64,000 nucleotides of DNA from Eledone cirrhosa (GCA_964016885.1 OZ024758.1:24118001-24182000); one strand, 5' to 3'; positions 37,401-50,841 are shown, numbered from the stretch's first letter. Translations and numbers: made by a program. The notes: a model not told the origin generated them from the sequence alone.

Positions 37401-37606
37401 GCTAATAACACCAATCTAACTGGTGATTGGGTGGGGTTATAGGGTTACAAAACCCTTTCCTTCAGACTGAACCAATACAAAAAATTGCTTCAGTGTATAT
37501 CGAGACTGGTTTTTGATTTTAAATCTGATCAGTGCTGATTTTCTTTTCATCATTCTGAGATCGATAAAATATTAATGAATAATATAATACAGTTAATTCA
37601 ATCAAC

Positions 37607-38381
<775 letters not shown>

Positions 38382-38460
38382 AACGAAGGAAATGTGGTAA
38401 GGAACCAAGTGGACCATAACGAACTAAAGTACTCAATACTTAGGGTAGTAGAGTGGGTAA

Positions 38461-38574
38461 TAGGAACAAGTAAGACCCCGACGGCTGAGCTCAAGCCGTT
38501 TCGACGGCTAATTCTGGACTGAATTAGCCGTCGAAACGGCTTGAGCTCAGCCGTCGGGGTCTTACTTGTTCCTA
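38461..38574. repeat. Palindromic element (family A) made of two hammerhead 3' halves
   Basis: GAAA-CGGCT-tgagctc-AGCCG-TC/ggggtc on both strands. Other copies at 49006-49115, 51813-51933 and 63549-63703; fragments at 1-17, 49213-49255 and 60349-60390. Confidence 0.85.
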
Positions 38575-38576
38575 TA

Positions 38577-38620
<44 letters not shown>

Positions 38621-39439
38621 CTTGCCTGCCACTCTATTAAATTGGTTCTGTGTCTAATCAAAATTCATTATTAATATCTAGTCTGTATCCTAGAGTCATA
38701 TATAGAAAAAGTTCGAAGTTTAATGTCGTATGATGAATTAAAGTATTATCTTTGCAATCAACACTATGTTGTCATAATTTATCACAATCTAAATTTACAA
38801 ATGAATATTATATAGACGTTTAATTCACTTCTCTGGTGTCAATTCTTTCAACGTTCACCTACTTCTGTAACTCATTAACCCCTAATTGCCCCATGTCATT
38901 CACACTCTTTCGTTTCGTTAAAATCTCCAGCTATAACTCTTCTTTACGCCTCCCATTTCTCAAGAAAGTTCAATTCTACACCAACCTTCTAACTATGGAG
39001 TATTGGCATCTACAATTTTCCTGACTTACTACCCACAATCTCTTTTTAACTCTCGTCTCTTGAAATTTGAACTTTTATTTCTCGTCTCTTTCTCTCTTTC
39101 GCCCTCATTCTCTCTCTCTCAATTTCGCACTTAAAATCCCTATCTTCCTCTTACTCATCCTGACTCTTCTTCCCCACCCTTCCTGCATTTCTTCCCTCCT
39201 TGTTCTTACTACTCTTTTGGCCCTCTCCTCTCTTCCCTGATTTAACCAAATAAACAATAAAAGAACTTCAATCAGTCTAAATTATTTTCATCTTTTGTCG
39301 ACCACATCTCTAGGCTTGGAGTCACATTCACTCATAAATATCGATTAACAGAACTTCCTTTTTATATTGCTTTTAAAATACATAAATACGTGTCATTTGT
39401 TTTAATCATCAAGAATTACTACCTAACCTCAATGTCTTC

Positions 39440-40300
39440 CAGCCGCATGCCCTCATCAGCGAGGTCCTCTGCAAACCAGCAAAACCAGAAATGGACCAAG
39501 AACTAAAGTTAGCTCCGGTTGATTGGATTGATAAAGGCCTTGCCGTCCCCCAGTATGCAAATATCCAACTGGGACGACATCAAGGGCAGGTGAACCTTCA
39601 GGCAGATTGGGCCTTCTTTAGACTATTCTTTAGAAAATACTCTCTCCTGCCTCCGTTCTGTCTTAAAGTCAAACAGCGGCGCATGGCTCAATTCGGTACT
39701 CTCATCATAAACTGACACCCTTCTTGATGATGGTTGCACTCTCATCGGAGTGACCCAGCGCCTCAGTTTCCGCGTGAGTGAGCCGCACAAATGCCGTTGT
39801 TGTTGACGAGTTCGGTCTACACTCGCTACCCTGCAGCCATAGCGCAGGTCGCACGACATGGCCGGCTTCCTGTCACAACTGGATCCAGCTGGCCTCGACC
39901 GTGGCAATGGTAAGCGCCAAGATGAGATAACTCACTTCCCATTCGAGAGAGATAAATTCTTAATCTGGGACGCCACGTATTGCGACTAGTTATCAACTTC
40001 TAGCCTCGTCACTTCGACTGCAAACCCCGGTAACGCTACCCACAATGCGGAGGAGAGGAAGATAACCAAATACCTGGGCTTGAACGACAGCCTCCTCTTC
40101 CTATCGGTCTCTGTCGACACTGTGTGTCCTCGGTTCTTACACTGCTAATTTCCTCCGTAAAATGGAAAAGGCTACAATATGCCTGAGAAAGGATCCCCCT
40201 AAAGTAGGATGGCTGTTACAGCGGTTGTCGCTGGCCATTCTCAGCGGCAATGTCTTCAACATTTTTTCCGCTGGGCGCAGCCGAAACGTTGAGACTAAGG
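39440..40300 (+). mobile_element. Decayed, rearranged CRE/R2-group non-LTR element 3' end (Zn-knuckle plus restriction-like endonuclease)
   Basis: Translated segments EPHKCRC, DEITHFPFERDKFLIWDAT, NAEERKITKYLGL and DPPKVGWLLQRLSLAILSGN. Confidence 0.65.
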
Positions 40301-41827
40301 TGTTCAGTCTGTCCTCAATTTTCCTTTATTTCGTTGATTAATTTCAATCTTAGTTTCTTTATTCCCATTTATATTGTGCATTTTTCGATTATTTTTAATC
40401 GGAGGATTTATTAGATCTTCTTCTTGGCCCACTTATTCCTGAGAGTGTCATGGAGGCAGAGTCCTCAAACAGCGCATGCACCCCATTTTTTAACAATGGG
40501 GGACAGACGAAGGCGGTGACAGTTGGAGTTTGGTTCTTTTGTGTTCGGACCTGGTGTATATAGGTGTATACAAGAGAGAATGGGTATTTGGTAGTATTCT
40601 TTTCATCTTCGCCCACTTATTCCTAAGGGGGAATAGGTGGGGGAAGAGTCCTTAAACACTCCCTCTAGCGGGTCCTGTGTGAAGCAACCGTCTCCAACTA
40701 ATCCGGCTGGATCCTCAACCGTGACCAGTCAATCTCGTGGATGTTATCCCACCATCATACTGATGGTCTACCCCTAGGTCTCTTGTAGGTTGGTTTCGTC
40801 CGTAAAATATGTCCAGCGATTATTTCCTAAGACATTCTTATTAGATTAATTTAAATAAAAAGTATAAAAAAGGCAAAAAAAAAAAAATGATAAAATATTC
40901 ATCCACCGTCAGATGAACAAGAAAGAAAAATATAACCGTGTTACCATAAAAACCTTCGTTCCATCCTTGAAAATAAAGCGTAGATTTGATTTCACTACAG
41001 AGATAAATAGATAGATAGAGAGAGACAGAGAGAGAAAGAGAGGGAGAGATAGAGAGAGTGGGGAGAGAAAGAAAAGGAAAGAGACAGAGAGAGAGGAAAG
41101 GGAGGAAGATAAGCAATTTTTTGTTCTCAAATATTTCGGACGACGATATTATGACATCACAATAGTGTGCAGCCTTCAGACAAACGCATTCCATCTGTTA
41201 AGCAAGGCAAACGCTAAACGCTTTGATGTTTGAAATTTGAAATTAAAATATCAAAAATATATAGTATCATAAGTTAGTGGTTTTAACAATAACTGTTTCT
41301 ACTTTTGGCACAAGGCCAGCAATTAACGAGAATGGTACCCCGAAAGTGTAATGCTGCCAAGAAAAGGGCTAGAAGACAGGAATCAAAACATCGACATATC
41401 ATACCAAAACCAAAAGTCCCAAATAAACCGAAACATGAGGAAACAGAGAAGCATCAAAAGAAAGTTCCAAAGATTAAAATGACCGTTAATAAAGTTATGC
41501 TGAAGAGTAACTATCGACAGAAGAAGATTCGTCATCAAAGACCTCAGAAATTTCGATTTGACCCAGGACCTTCCAAAAGGCATTAAAACTTTTTATTAAT
41601 CTTAATTTTTGTTTCTGCTCATCTTTCCTCGTTCCGTGATTTCTCTTCCTCAACTTCATAAATACAACCCGTGAGCCTACAATCGGGTTTATAGATATGT
41701 ATGAATATTGCCTACTTGGATTTTTACTTTTTCTCGTGTGCGTGACTTAATAAATAGTTTGATATTTATTTCTAATTATTTCTAACTGTTTACTTACTAG
41801 CTCAAGCACCCTCTCTCTCATATATAT

Positions 41828-42292
41828 AAAGACCTGAAAATCCGCCTCTTCATTGCTGTAGTGGAGTCTGTGCTGCTGTACGGGTCTGAGACTTGGACAC
41901 TGACCAAGAAACTCACTCAGATGGTGGATGGGTGCTTCACGAGAATGCTGAGGACGGCTCTGAACATTAATCAGTATACACTGAGGAAGAAAAACTCAGA
42001 GCTGTATGGGAGCCTCCCAAAAGTCAGCTCAAAAGTCAGCTCAAAAGTGACACAGAGGAGACTGAGGTTAGCTGGACATGCTCACCGACATCCAGAGTTG
42101 ACATTGCACTCAGTGCTCCTGTCGGATCCCTACATGGACACACTGGAAGAGGAAGACCAAGGTTAATGTATGTTGATGCCCTAAAGACAGACACTGGTCT
42201 GTTGGAGATGCAGGACATGGCAGCGATAATGAGGCACAGAGAGTGCTGGAGAGAACTCGTCCATGGATCTCGGGAATTTTACCCGCCCTAGA
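41828..42292 (+). mobile_element. RTE-clade LINE 3' fragment
   Basis: KIRLFIAVVESVLLYGSETWTL...RRLRLAGHAHRH. Frameshifted, ends ...EFYPP* before (TA)n. Confidence 0.88.
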
Positions 42293-42729
42293 AAGAATAT
42301 ATATATATATATATACACACACAAGTGGAAGCTTAGTAAAATCGAAGCTTTGGCTGTGGCCAAGCAAAGTCGACCTACAATAAGGAATGAGTAGCAAAGC
42401 ACTCAATAAGGGTAGGTCCTTAGAGTAATAACACTGCTTGCAAGGGTGGGACGGGTCCTATTCAGCACTGCACCTCTCCATTCGTGACGGCCCTTTGTCA
42501 TCTCCTCCGTGAGCTTCAGCGATATATATATATAATTCGTTTTTGAATTTGTTTTGAGAGATTTCTTATCTGAAAACGTGTGTTGAAACAGATATTGTTA
42601 TAGTTTTATTGGCAGCATGGCCCTCCCAAAGTATAACACTGTGTTGGGGGGGGGCGTGTGGTAGTATTAGTACAGATTAAAGTTTCACTCTATAGGTAAC
42701 CTTAAACGATATCTCATTTACTTTGATAA

Positions 42730-43375
42730 TATCATCACCATCATCATCATTTTACGTCCACTTTTGCCTGCTTGCAAGGGTGGTACGGGTCCTATTCAGC
42801 ACGGCATCTCTCCATTCGTCGTGGTCCTTCGTCATCTCCTCCGTGAGCTTCAGCGATCTGAGGTCTGCTCTCACCACCTCCACCCATGTTTTTCGTGATC
42901 TTCCTCTACTGCGTCTTCCTTCTACTGGGATTTCTTGGCACTTCTTTACCCAGCAGTCATCCTCCATGCGCATCACATGTCCATACCATCTCAGTCTTCT
43001 CTCCTGCACACCACAACTTATCCCTCTTATACCCAGTTTCTCTCTCAACTCATCTATGCTTGGTTATTCACGCACATTGGCATTGCACATCCAACGGAGC
43101 ATGTTTGCTTCATTTCTCTCCAACCGTCGCATATCCTCTGCTGTTGCTGCCCATGTCTCACTACCATGCAGCATCGCCCACCTCACACAGGCATCATATA
43201 ACCGGCCTTTCGTACGCAGGGAGAAACCCTTCTTTGTCAACAGAGGAAGTAACTTCCTAAACTTCTTCCAACCCGTCCTTATTCTAGATACTATGGCCTC
43301 GGAACACCCCCCCCCCCTCTCATACTAATCTGATCAACCACTTCTATAGAAGTTATCAAGCACTATCAACCACTT
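42730..43375 (-). mobile_element. RTE-clade LINE 3' fragment with (GAT)n-like tail
   Basis: VQERRLRWYGHVMRMEDD...GRRSRGRSRKTW. Related pieces at 42437-42522 and ~46935-47085. Confidence 0.88.
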
Positions 43376-44471
43376 CTATAGAACCTACTGACTGTAGGTT
43401 TAAGTTTGTACGTAAAAGACGGGTCTTCTGTATAACTGCAGAGCGCCCAAGATCTCGATCCAGTGACATTGTCTGAGAGAGGTGTAAGTGAGCAAGGTCA
43501 GTTTTTATCACCTCGTCCCAGGTTTTTCTTGGTCTACCCTCTCCGTAGCTTCCATCAATTTTGCGTGCGTGTATATATGTATATATTTGTAGGTATGCGT
43601 ATGTGAGTGCATACGCGTATTTTGGAAAACTATATTATCCACGCCAAATTTTGCCATCGTTTCATTAGAAATAAGTACAATGTTATTGAAATTTATAATC
43701 TCTCCAACACACACACACAGTGTGTGCGTGTGCGTGTGCTTGTGCGTGTGCGTGTGTGTGTGTGTGTGTGCGCGCGTGTGCGTGCGTGCGCGTGTGCGTG
43801 CGTGCGTGCGCGTGTGCGTGCGTGCGCGTGTGCGTGCGTGTTTATATTGGTGTGTGTGCGTGTTTATATTGTGCGTATGTATGTGTATTATACATTAATT
43901 TAGAACTTTCGCAGTCATTACATGCTCATTACCCCACCTTATTTTCGATCGATTTGCATAATTCTCTTTTACATAATGTGTTTATTTATTAATTAAAAAT
44001 CTTAGTTAATTAACAAACCAATTAATCGAAAAAATGCATTAAAAAAATTTGCTTCTAATTATGTTTGAAAATTCGAATAAGTTTCTTTGATAAACAACTG
44101 GAATCCGGGATACCCGAGAGATGTTTCCGTTATTTATCCAAATACAACAGTAAATATGGAGTAATGTAAATACTAAGGGGTTAAAGAAAAAGATACATTG
44201 AATATAAGATTGTCATTATGATCACCAATTTAATGCTGATGCTGCTGATGATGATGTAGACTGGATAGATTTGCAATACATCTCTCCTTCCACCATCACA
44301 CCAGCGAAGCTTAAATCCCTAGGCACTGTGATTATCATTTTTTTTTTTTTTACTATTAACTAACCTCGGCTGAATTTGAACTCAGAACGTAAAGGGACTT
44401 AACTCTATGCTGCAAAGCTTGTTGTTCGACGCTCTACTGATACTGCCAATCCACCGCCCTCTCTACCACTA

Positions 44472-45479
44472 TCTATATATTACTAAAAGTCTGTGATTGC
44501 TTGCTTGTCTGTAATGTAATACAGCCAAAAGGGAGCATAATGGGGAAAATACTTTGAAAGGAAGTTGCCCCTGAAATGGAAATACAAATGGATTAAAACA
44601 AGTTTCGCATAAATCGGAACACGGGTTCCCGAGATACGGGGTTTTTCCGGGTACCTTCATGAACAAAGAGAGAGAAAGATAGAGAGGAAGAGATAGTGGT
44701 TGTGAGAGGGTAGATTGAAAGAGAGACATAGAGAGAGGGAGAGGAGAATGGGGGGAGAGAATGGTGGTGGTGGTGGTGGTGGTGGGTGGGTGTGTGTGTG
44801 TGTGTGTTGGGGGGTCTATGACCAGTGTATATAGATCACAGACACCCATTATATATATATATATATATATATAGTAGAAGGGGTATTTAATTTGTTGGAA
44901 GTACGACAAATATAAATGTTTATAACTGATTTAGAGCACTCAACAGTTTACTGGAGTAAATATTCAATGATATTAAATATATATATGTTTACACACACAT
45001 ATACATACATACACCCACACTCGTATATATATGGGCCTTAAATATATATATGTATACACACACATATACATACATGCACACACGTATATATATATATGGG
45101 CCTTCCACATTATATACATGTCTGTGTAAGGGTGGTGGATTGGCAATATCGGTAGAGGTTCGGACGCCATGCTTTGCAGCATAGAGTGACGGCCCTTTAT
45201 GATCTGAATTCAAATCCCGCCGAGGTTAACTTTGCCTTTCATCCTTACGCGGTGGATAAAATAAAGTACCAGTCACGCACTGGGGGTCGATTTAATCGAC
45301 TCTCCCCTCCCCCTCCAAAAAAAAAATTGCAGGCCTTGTGCCTATATAAAAAAAAATTAAAAAAAACCCATTATATACATGTCTGTATATTCTAATTATT
45401 TACAAATTATTTTTAAGTGAACATGATTTTTAAAAATATTTTGAAGTGAATGTAACCCAACGGGTGACGGGTGGTCTAG
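44472..45479 (+). mobile_element. Non-autonomous Helitron with nested insertions (pLTR fragment, SINE at 45129-45345)
   Basis: 5' TCTATATATTACTAAAAG...TTGCTTGTCTG, 3' cccaacgggtgacggg-tggt-CTAG followed by T. Confidence 0.6.
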
Positions 45480-45487
45480 TAGATAAT

Positions 45488-46411
45488 TGTTTCTACTATT
45501 GGCACAAGGCCAGCAATTACCCAGTGCATTACTGGTACTTTATTTATCAACCCCGTAAGGATGAAAGGCAAAGTTAACCTTGGCGGGATTTGAACATAGA
45601 ATGGCAAGGGCCGTAACTCTATGCGTCAAAGCATGGTATCCGACCCTCTACTGATACTGCCAATCCACCGCCCTATATAATTGTTTCTACTTTAGACACA
45701 AGGCCAGCAATTACCCAGTGCATTACTGGTACTTTATTTTATCGACCCCGTAAGGATGAAAGGCAAAGTCAATCGCGGCGGGATTTGAACTCGTATCGTA
45801 AAGGGACGTAACTATGCTGGAAAGCATGGCGTCCGACCCTCTACTGATACTGCCAATCCACCGCCCTAACATCGTGTCCGACCCTCTACTGATAGTGCCA
45901 ATCCACCGTCCTAACATGGCGTCCGACCCTCTACCGATAGTGCCAATCCACCGCCCTAACATGGCGTCCGACCCTCTACCGATACTGCCAATCCACCACC
46001 CTAACATGGCGTCCGACCCTCTACCGATAGTGCCAATCCACCGCCCTAACATGGCGTCCGACCCTCTACCAATACTGCCAATCCACCGCCTTAACATGGC
46101 GTCCGACCCTCTACCGATACTGCCAATCCACCGCCCTAACATGGCGTCCGACCCTCTACCGATACTGCCAATCCACCGCCTTAACATGGCGTCCGACCCT
46201 CTACCGATACTGCCAATCCACCGCCCTAACATGGCGTCCGACCCTCTACCGATACTGCCAATCCACCGCCCTAACATTGAGTCCGACCCTCCACCGATAC
46301 TGCCAATCCACCGCCCTAACATGGCGTCCGACCTTCCACCGATACTGCCAATCCACCGCCCTAACATGGCGTCCGACCCTCTACCGATACTGCCAATCTA
46401 CCGCCATTACT
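45488..46411 (-). mobile_element. Composite SINE insertion: two family 1 SINEs plus head array, flanked by a 17-bp direct repeat
   Basis: gtggtctagtagataat at 45471-45487 and 46412-46428. Confidence 0.85.
45825..46405 (-). repeat. 13 x 45-bp tandem array of the SINE 5' head (A box)
   Basis: Unit catggcgtccgaccctctaccgatactgccaatccaccgccctaa, no spacers. Confidence 0.95.
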
Positions 46412-46603
46412 GTGGTCTAGTAGATAATGAAATCTTCTCTTTAAAGTTTACTGAGCCTGCCTGTTGCATTTGTCTGTCTCATTCTGAAAAACCTACTCCA
46501 AATATTACATTCTAAGAATGTAATTTCAGTGAAAATTGATAGAAGTGTCAGTGATATTACACGTATGTATGTGAACAACGATAGCAGAGATGTGATTTTT
46601 CAG

Positions 46604-46940
46604 TGTGTATGTGTCTGTGTGTGACTGTGTCTCTGTGTGTGACTGTGTGACTATGTGTGGCTGTGTGTGGCTGTGTATGACTGTGTGTGTCTGTGTGTGT
46701 CTGTGTGTGTCTGTGTGTGTCTGTGTGTGTCTGTGTGTGACTGTGTGTGTCTGTGTGTGACTGTGTGTGACTGTGTGTGACTGTGTGTGACTGTGTGTGA
46801 CTGTGTGTGACTGTGTATGACTGTGTCTATGAATGTCTGACTGTGTGTGTGTCTGTGTGACTGTGTGTGTGTCTGTGTATCTGAGTGCATGTGTGTGTGT
46901 GACAGTCTGTGTCTATCTGTATCTGTGGGTATGTGACTGT
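46604..46940. repeat. (CTGTGTGTGA/T)n 10-bp minisatellite
   Basis: Direct reading. Confidence 0.9.
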
Positions 46941-47381
46941 CCTTATTCTAGATACATTTTTCAAACGCAGTTAGGATCTATAGAGGTGGTTGATAGCTTC
47001 TGATACCTAGGTGATCAGATTAGGAAGAGTGGAGGATGCTCCGAGGCCATAAGTATCTAGAATAAGGACTGGGTGGAAGAAGTTTCAAATCACACTGCAA
47101 AATCACATCTCTTCTAATCTAACGTTGTTTACATACATACGTGTGTAAATATGTGTGTGTGTGTATATAAATATGTGTGTGTGTGTATATATATTATTAA
47201 TATTTTGAAGTAATGTGCGTGTGTGTGTGTGGTGTGTGGTGTGTGGTGTGTGGTGTGTGGTGTGGTGTGGTGTGTGGTGTGTGTGTGTATGTGTGTAAAA
47301 GGTAAACAGAAATAACAACACAATCGGTACAGTATATGGAAGAGATATATTAGGTTAACGCTTGATATAGAAGGAAGAGGG

Positions 47382-47417
47382 TCTTCACGTTTCGGACGCT
47401 AGTCCTTCATCAGAAGA
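47382..47417 (-). ncRNA. Minimal hammerhead with non-cleavable GUG triplet
   Basis: tctt-CTGATGA-a-ggac-tagc-gtcc-GAAA-CG-TG/aaga. Confidence 0.7.
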
Positions 47418-48175
47418 AAGAATGAGAAATGAGAAATAAGATAGATTGAGGGGACGGGCGGGTTGGAATTGGAAAAAAAATGTCTTTAGATAAAAATAAC
47501 AGGTCCATTCATGTTGACAGAGAGAGAGGGGGGGTGTGTCTGCAGTGCTGAGACCGAGGAAACCACTAATAATGAGAGTACTTAGTGCATGGGGAGATAC
47601 TGATTGAGTATAGAGGTATGAACCTCGTCCCAGGTTTTTCTTTCGTGTGTGTGTGTGCGTGTGTGCGTGTGCGTGTGCGTGTACACACATACAGAGTCTT
47701 TCAAACGTTAACCATATTGTTGATCGAAGGAATCGAACTTTGAGAGAATTACGATTTTTTGTGAAAATAACTGATGTTTTCTTTTCTGTATCTATGGTTT
47801 ATATTATTGTAATTATATTGATGTTGTTGTTGTTGTTGTTGTTTAGACCGAGGTCAACTTGATGAAGGTTATCCTGTAATGAAAGAAAATCCAGCCGTGA
47901 CAATCGCCTCTTTTTTTTCTTTCTAAATGCTGCGTATCCAAAGATTACATTATGAAACGTATAGTTCCATTTTTAAGACTGAAATATGTAAATTATGATA
48001 TATAGCAGCTTGTGTGAACAGATAAAGGTTGTTTCTATTGTAATTTAACAGATTTGTATGAATAAATTTGAATACTGATTAGATACATCACTATCGATGC
48101 ATAATCTTCGTCCAGTATCTCTTTATTTTTAGTTCAGAAGGCCTTGTTATTGATGTGTATTATTACTGCGTGGAT

Positions 48176-48372
48176 TAGGGCGGTGGGTTGGCGGTATCGG
48201 TAGAGGGTCGGACGCCATGCTTTGACGTATAGAGTTACGGCCCTTGCCATTCTGAGTTCAAATCCCGCCGAGGTTAACTTTGCCTTTCATCCTTACGGGG
48301 TCGATAAAATAAAGTACCAGTAATGCAGTACTAAGATAATTGCTGGCCTTGTGCCAAAAGTAGAAACAATTA
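48176..48372 (+). mobile_element. SINE family 1, full length
   Basis: Consensus match. Confidence 0.9.
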
Positions 48373-48456
48373 TTACCGTTGTTGATGATGGTGATGATGA
48401 TAGTGCTGCTACACTCGTTTAGAAATTAATTAAAAATCACCAGATCTCCACACACG

Positions 48457-48492
<36 letters not shown>

Positions 48493-48640
48493 CGAGACAA
48501 ACCACAACAGAAACACAAACCCTTCATCACAATTTTACTTTTGAAAGAACTGTGAAACTGGTAAAGTAAATAAATAAATATTCTTTAAAGACTCCAGTTG
48601 CATTTTTAATTTATTTTCCTTATATATATATAAAAAAAAG

Positions 48641-48676
<36 letters not shown>

Positions 48677-48678
<2 letters not shown>

Positions 48679-48984
48679 AAGGCGGGTAAAATTCCCGAGA
48701 TCCATAGACGAGTTCTCTCCAGCGGTCTCTGTCCCTCATTATCGCTGCCATGTCCTGCGTCTCCAACAGACCAGTGTCTGTCCTTAGGGCATCAACATAC
48801 GTTAACCTTGGTCTTCCTCTTCTAGTGTGTCCATGTAGGGGCTCCCACAGGAGCACTGAGTGCAATGTCAACTCTGGATGTCGGTGAGCATGTCCAGCTA
48901 ACCTCAGTCTCCTCTGTGTCACTTTTAAGCTGACTTTTGGGATGCTCCCATACAGCTCTGAGTTTGGGATGCTCCCATACAGCT
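48677..48984 (-). mobile_element. RTE-clade 3' fragment (same family as 41828), bounded by (TA)n on both sides
   Basis: RRLRLAGHAHRHPEL...LLWEPLHGHTRRGRP...EFYPP*. Confidence 0.88.
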
Positions 48985-49706
48985 ATATATATATATATAT
49001 ATATATAGGAACAAGTAAGACCCCGACGGCTGAGCTCAAGCCGTTTCGACGGCTAATTCAGAATTAGCCGTCGAAACAGCTTGAGCTCAGCCGTCGGGGG
49101 TCTTACTTGTTCCTATTACCCACTCTACTACCCTAAGTATTGAGTACTTTGGTGCGTTATGGTCCACCTGGTTCCTTACCACATTTCCTTCGTTATATAT
49201 ATATATATATATAGGAAACGGCTTGAGCTCTGCCGTCGGGGTCATACTTTTTCCTATTTCCCGGGGGGGGGGGTCGATAAAATAAAGTACCAGTAATGCA
49301 GTACTGGGATAATTGGTGGCCTTGTGCCAAAAGTAGAAACAATTATTACTGTTGTTAATTATGATGATGATGATGATGATGGTGATGATGGTGGTGATGA
49401 TGATGGTGGTGATGATGATGGTGGTGATGATGATAGTGCTACTACACTCATTTAGAAATTAATTAAAAATCACCAGATCTCCATTTCTATGGAACTCTCC
49501 TACTGTAAAATCCATTTAACAATCTAACAGAATATAATTACCATTGAATGGATTTCTTTCTCTGTCCGTTATTTTTGTTCTGACTTTCATTGAAATGTTA
49601 ACTTTATCAGGATAATAATGACAAAACACATACATATATATATTATATATATATACACATACATACATATATATATACACATACATATACACACATATAT
49701 ACACAC

Positions 49707-49741
<35 letters not shown>

Positions 49742-49991
49742 GATATACACACATATATATACACACACACACATATATACACACACATAGATATACACAC
49801 ATATATATACACACACACATATATATATACACACACATACATACACACACATAAATACACACATATATAAATACACACACACATAAATACACACACACAT
49901 ATATAAATACACACACATACATATAAATACACACACACACACACATATATATACATACACACATACATATAAATACACACACTCACATATA

Positions 49992-50055
<64 letters not shown>

Positions 50056-50097
50056 TTATGAGCAATTGTCTCCTATGTTTTGTTCGTTCAATTACAA

Positions 50098-50136
<39 letters not shown>

Positions 50137-50236
50137 TTGTATGAGCACAACATACAAATATGGATATATATATATATATAGAGAGAGATAGATACACGTG
50201 TGTGTATGTGTGTGCTTGTGTATATATGTATGTATG

Positions 50237-50283
<47 letters not shown>

Positions 50284-50516
50284 CCAGTCCAGCACCATCA
50301 TCAGCAATATAAATCGATTTTCTAAAACCTAATCAAGTTCCGTGTTGATAATTACAAAATTGAGTTCTACGCCTTTATTTCTTGTAATTACTGAAATGCG
50401 TTCAATGTTAACCAAAAAGATTTGAAGGTCTTCAGATACCGCGTAAGAGAGACAACAAAAGCGTCGTATGTGTACACATGAACACGCATGCGCGGACACA
50501 CAGATACACACACATA

Positions 50517-50603
50517 GGTGTCTGACGAACCGCGGATTACAGAGTCAGGTCAGATCGATACAGATCGAACCTTGAGCTGGTCAGTGGCGAAACGCGCGTC
50601 ACC
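50517..50603 (+). ncRNA. Hammerhead with long stem II and CGCGCG palindromic helix III
   Basis: ggtgt-CTGACGA-accgcggatta...tggtcagtggc-GAAA-CGCGCG-TC/acc. Degenerate minus-strand homolog at ~54281-54366. Confidence 0.65.
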
Positions 50604-50755
50604 AACCAATAAACGTAATGAAGCATTTACCAATCGTCCCTGTTATCTTATTTAACTATAATACACTGTCTAGCTCTACACCTCGACACTGAAGTGAACC
50701 CAAACATCGAGTACTCACCCGGGTAAACCTACAGTAACTCCAAGTTACACTCCCT

Positions 50756-50788
<33 letters not shown>

Positions 50789-50790
50789 TG

Positions 50791-50841
50791 AGATTCTACA
50801 GGACTAGAACTGTTTCATTCATTAGAAATCATCAGGAATCT
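50791..50841 (-). ncRNA. Type I hammerhead with true helix III
   Basis: agattc-CTGATGA-tttc-taat-gaat-GAAA-cag-ttctagtc-ctg-TA/gaatct. Stem II is weak with U-U at its base. Confidence 0.78.

Noticed and set aside
45825-46405. CRISPR-like regular array and its repeat-peptide ORFs (45723-46367, 45814-46515)
   Set aside because: There are no unique spacers and no cas genes, and the unit equals the SINE 5' head.
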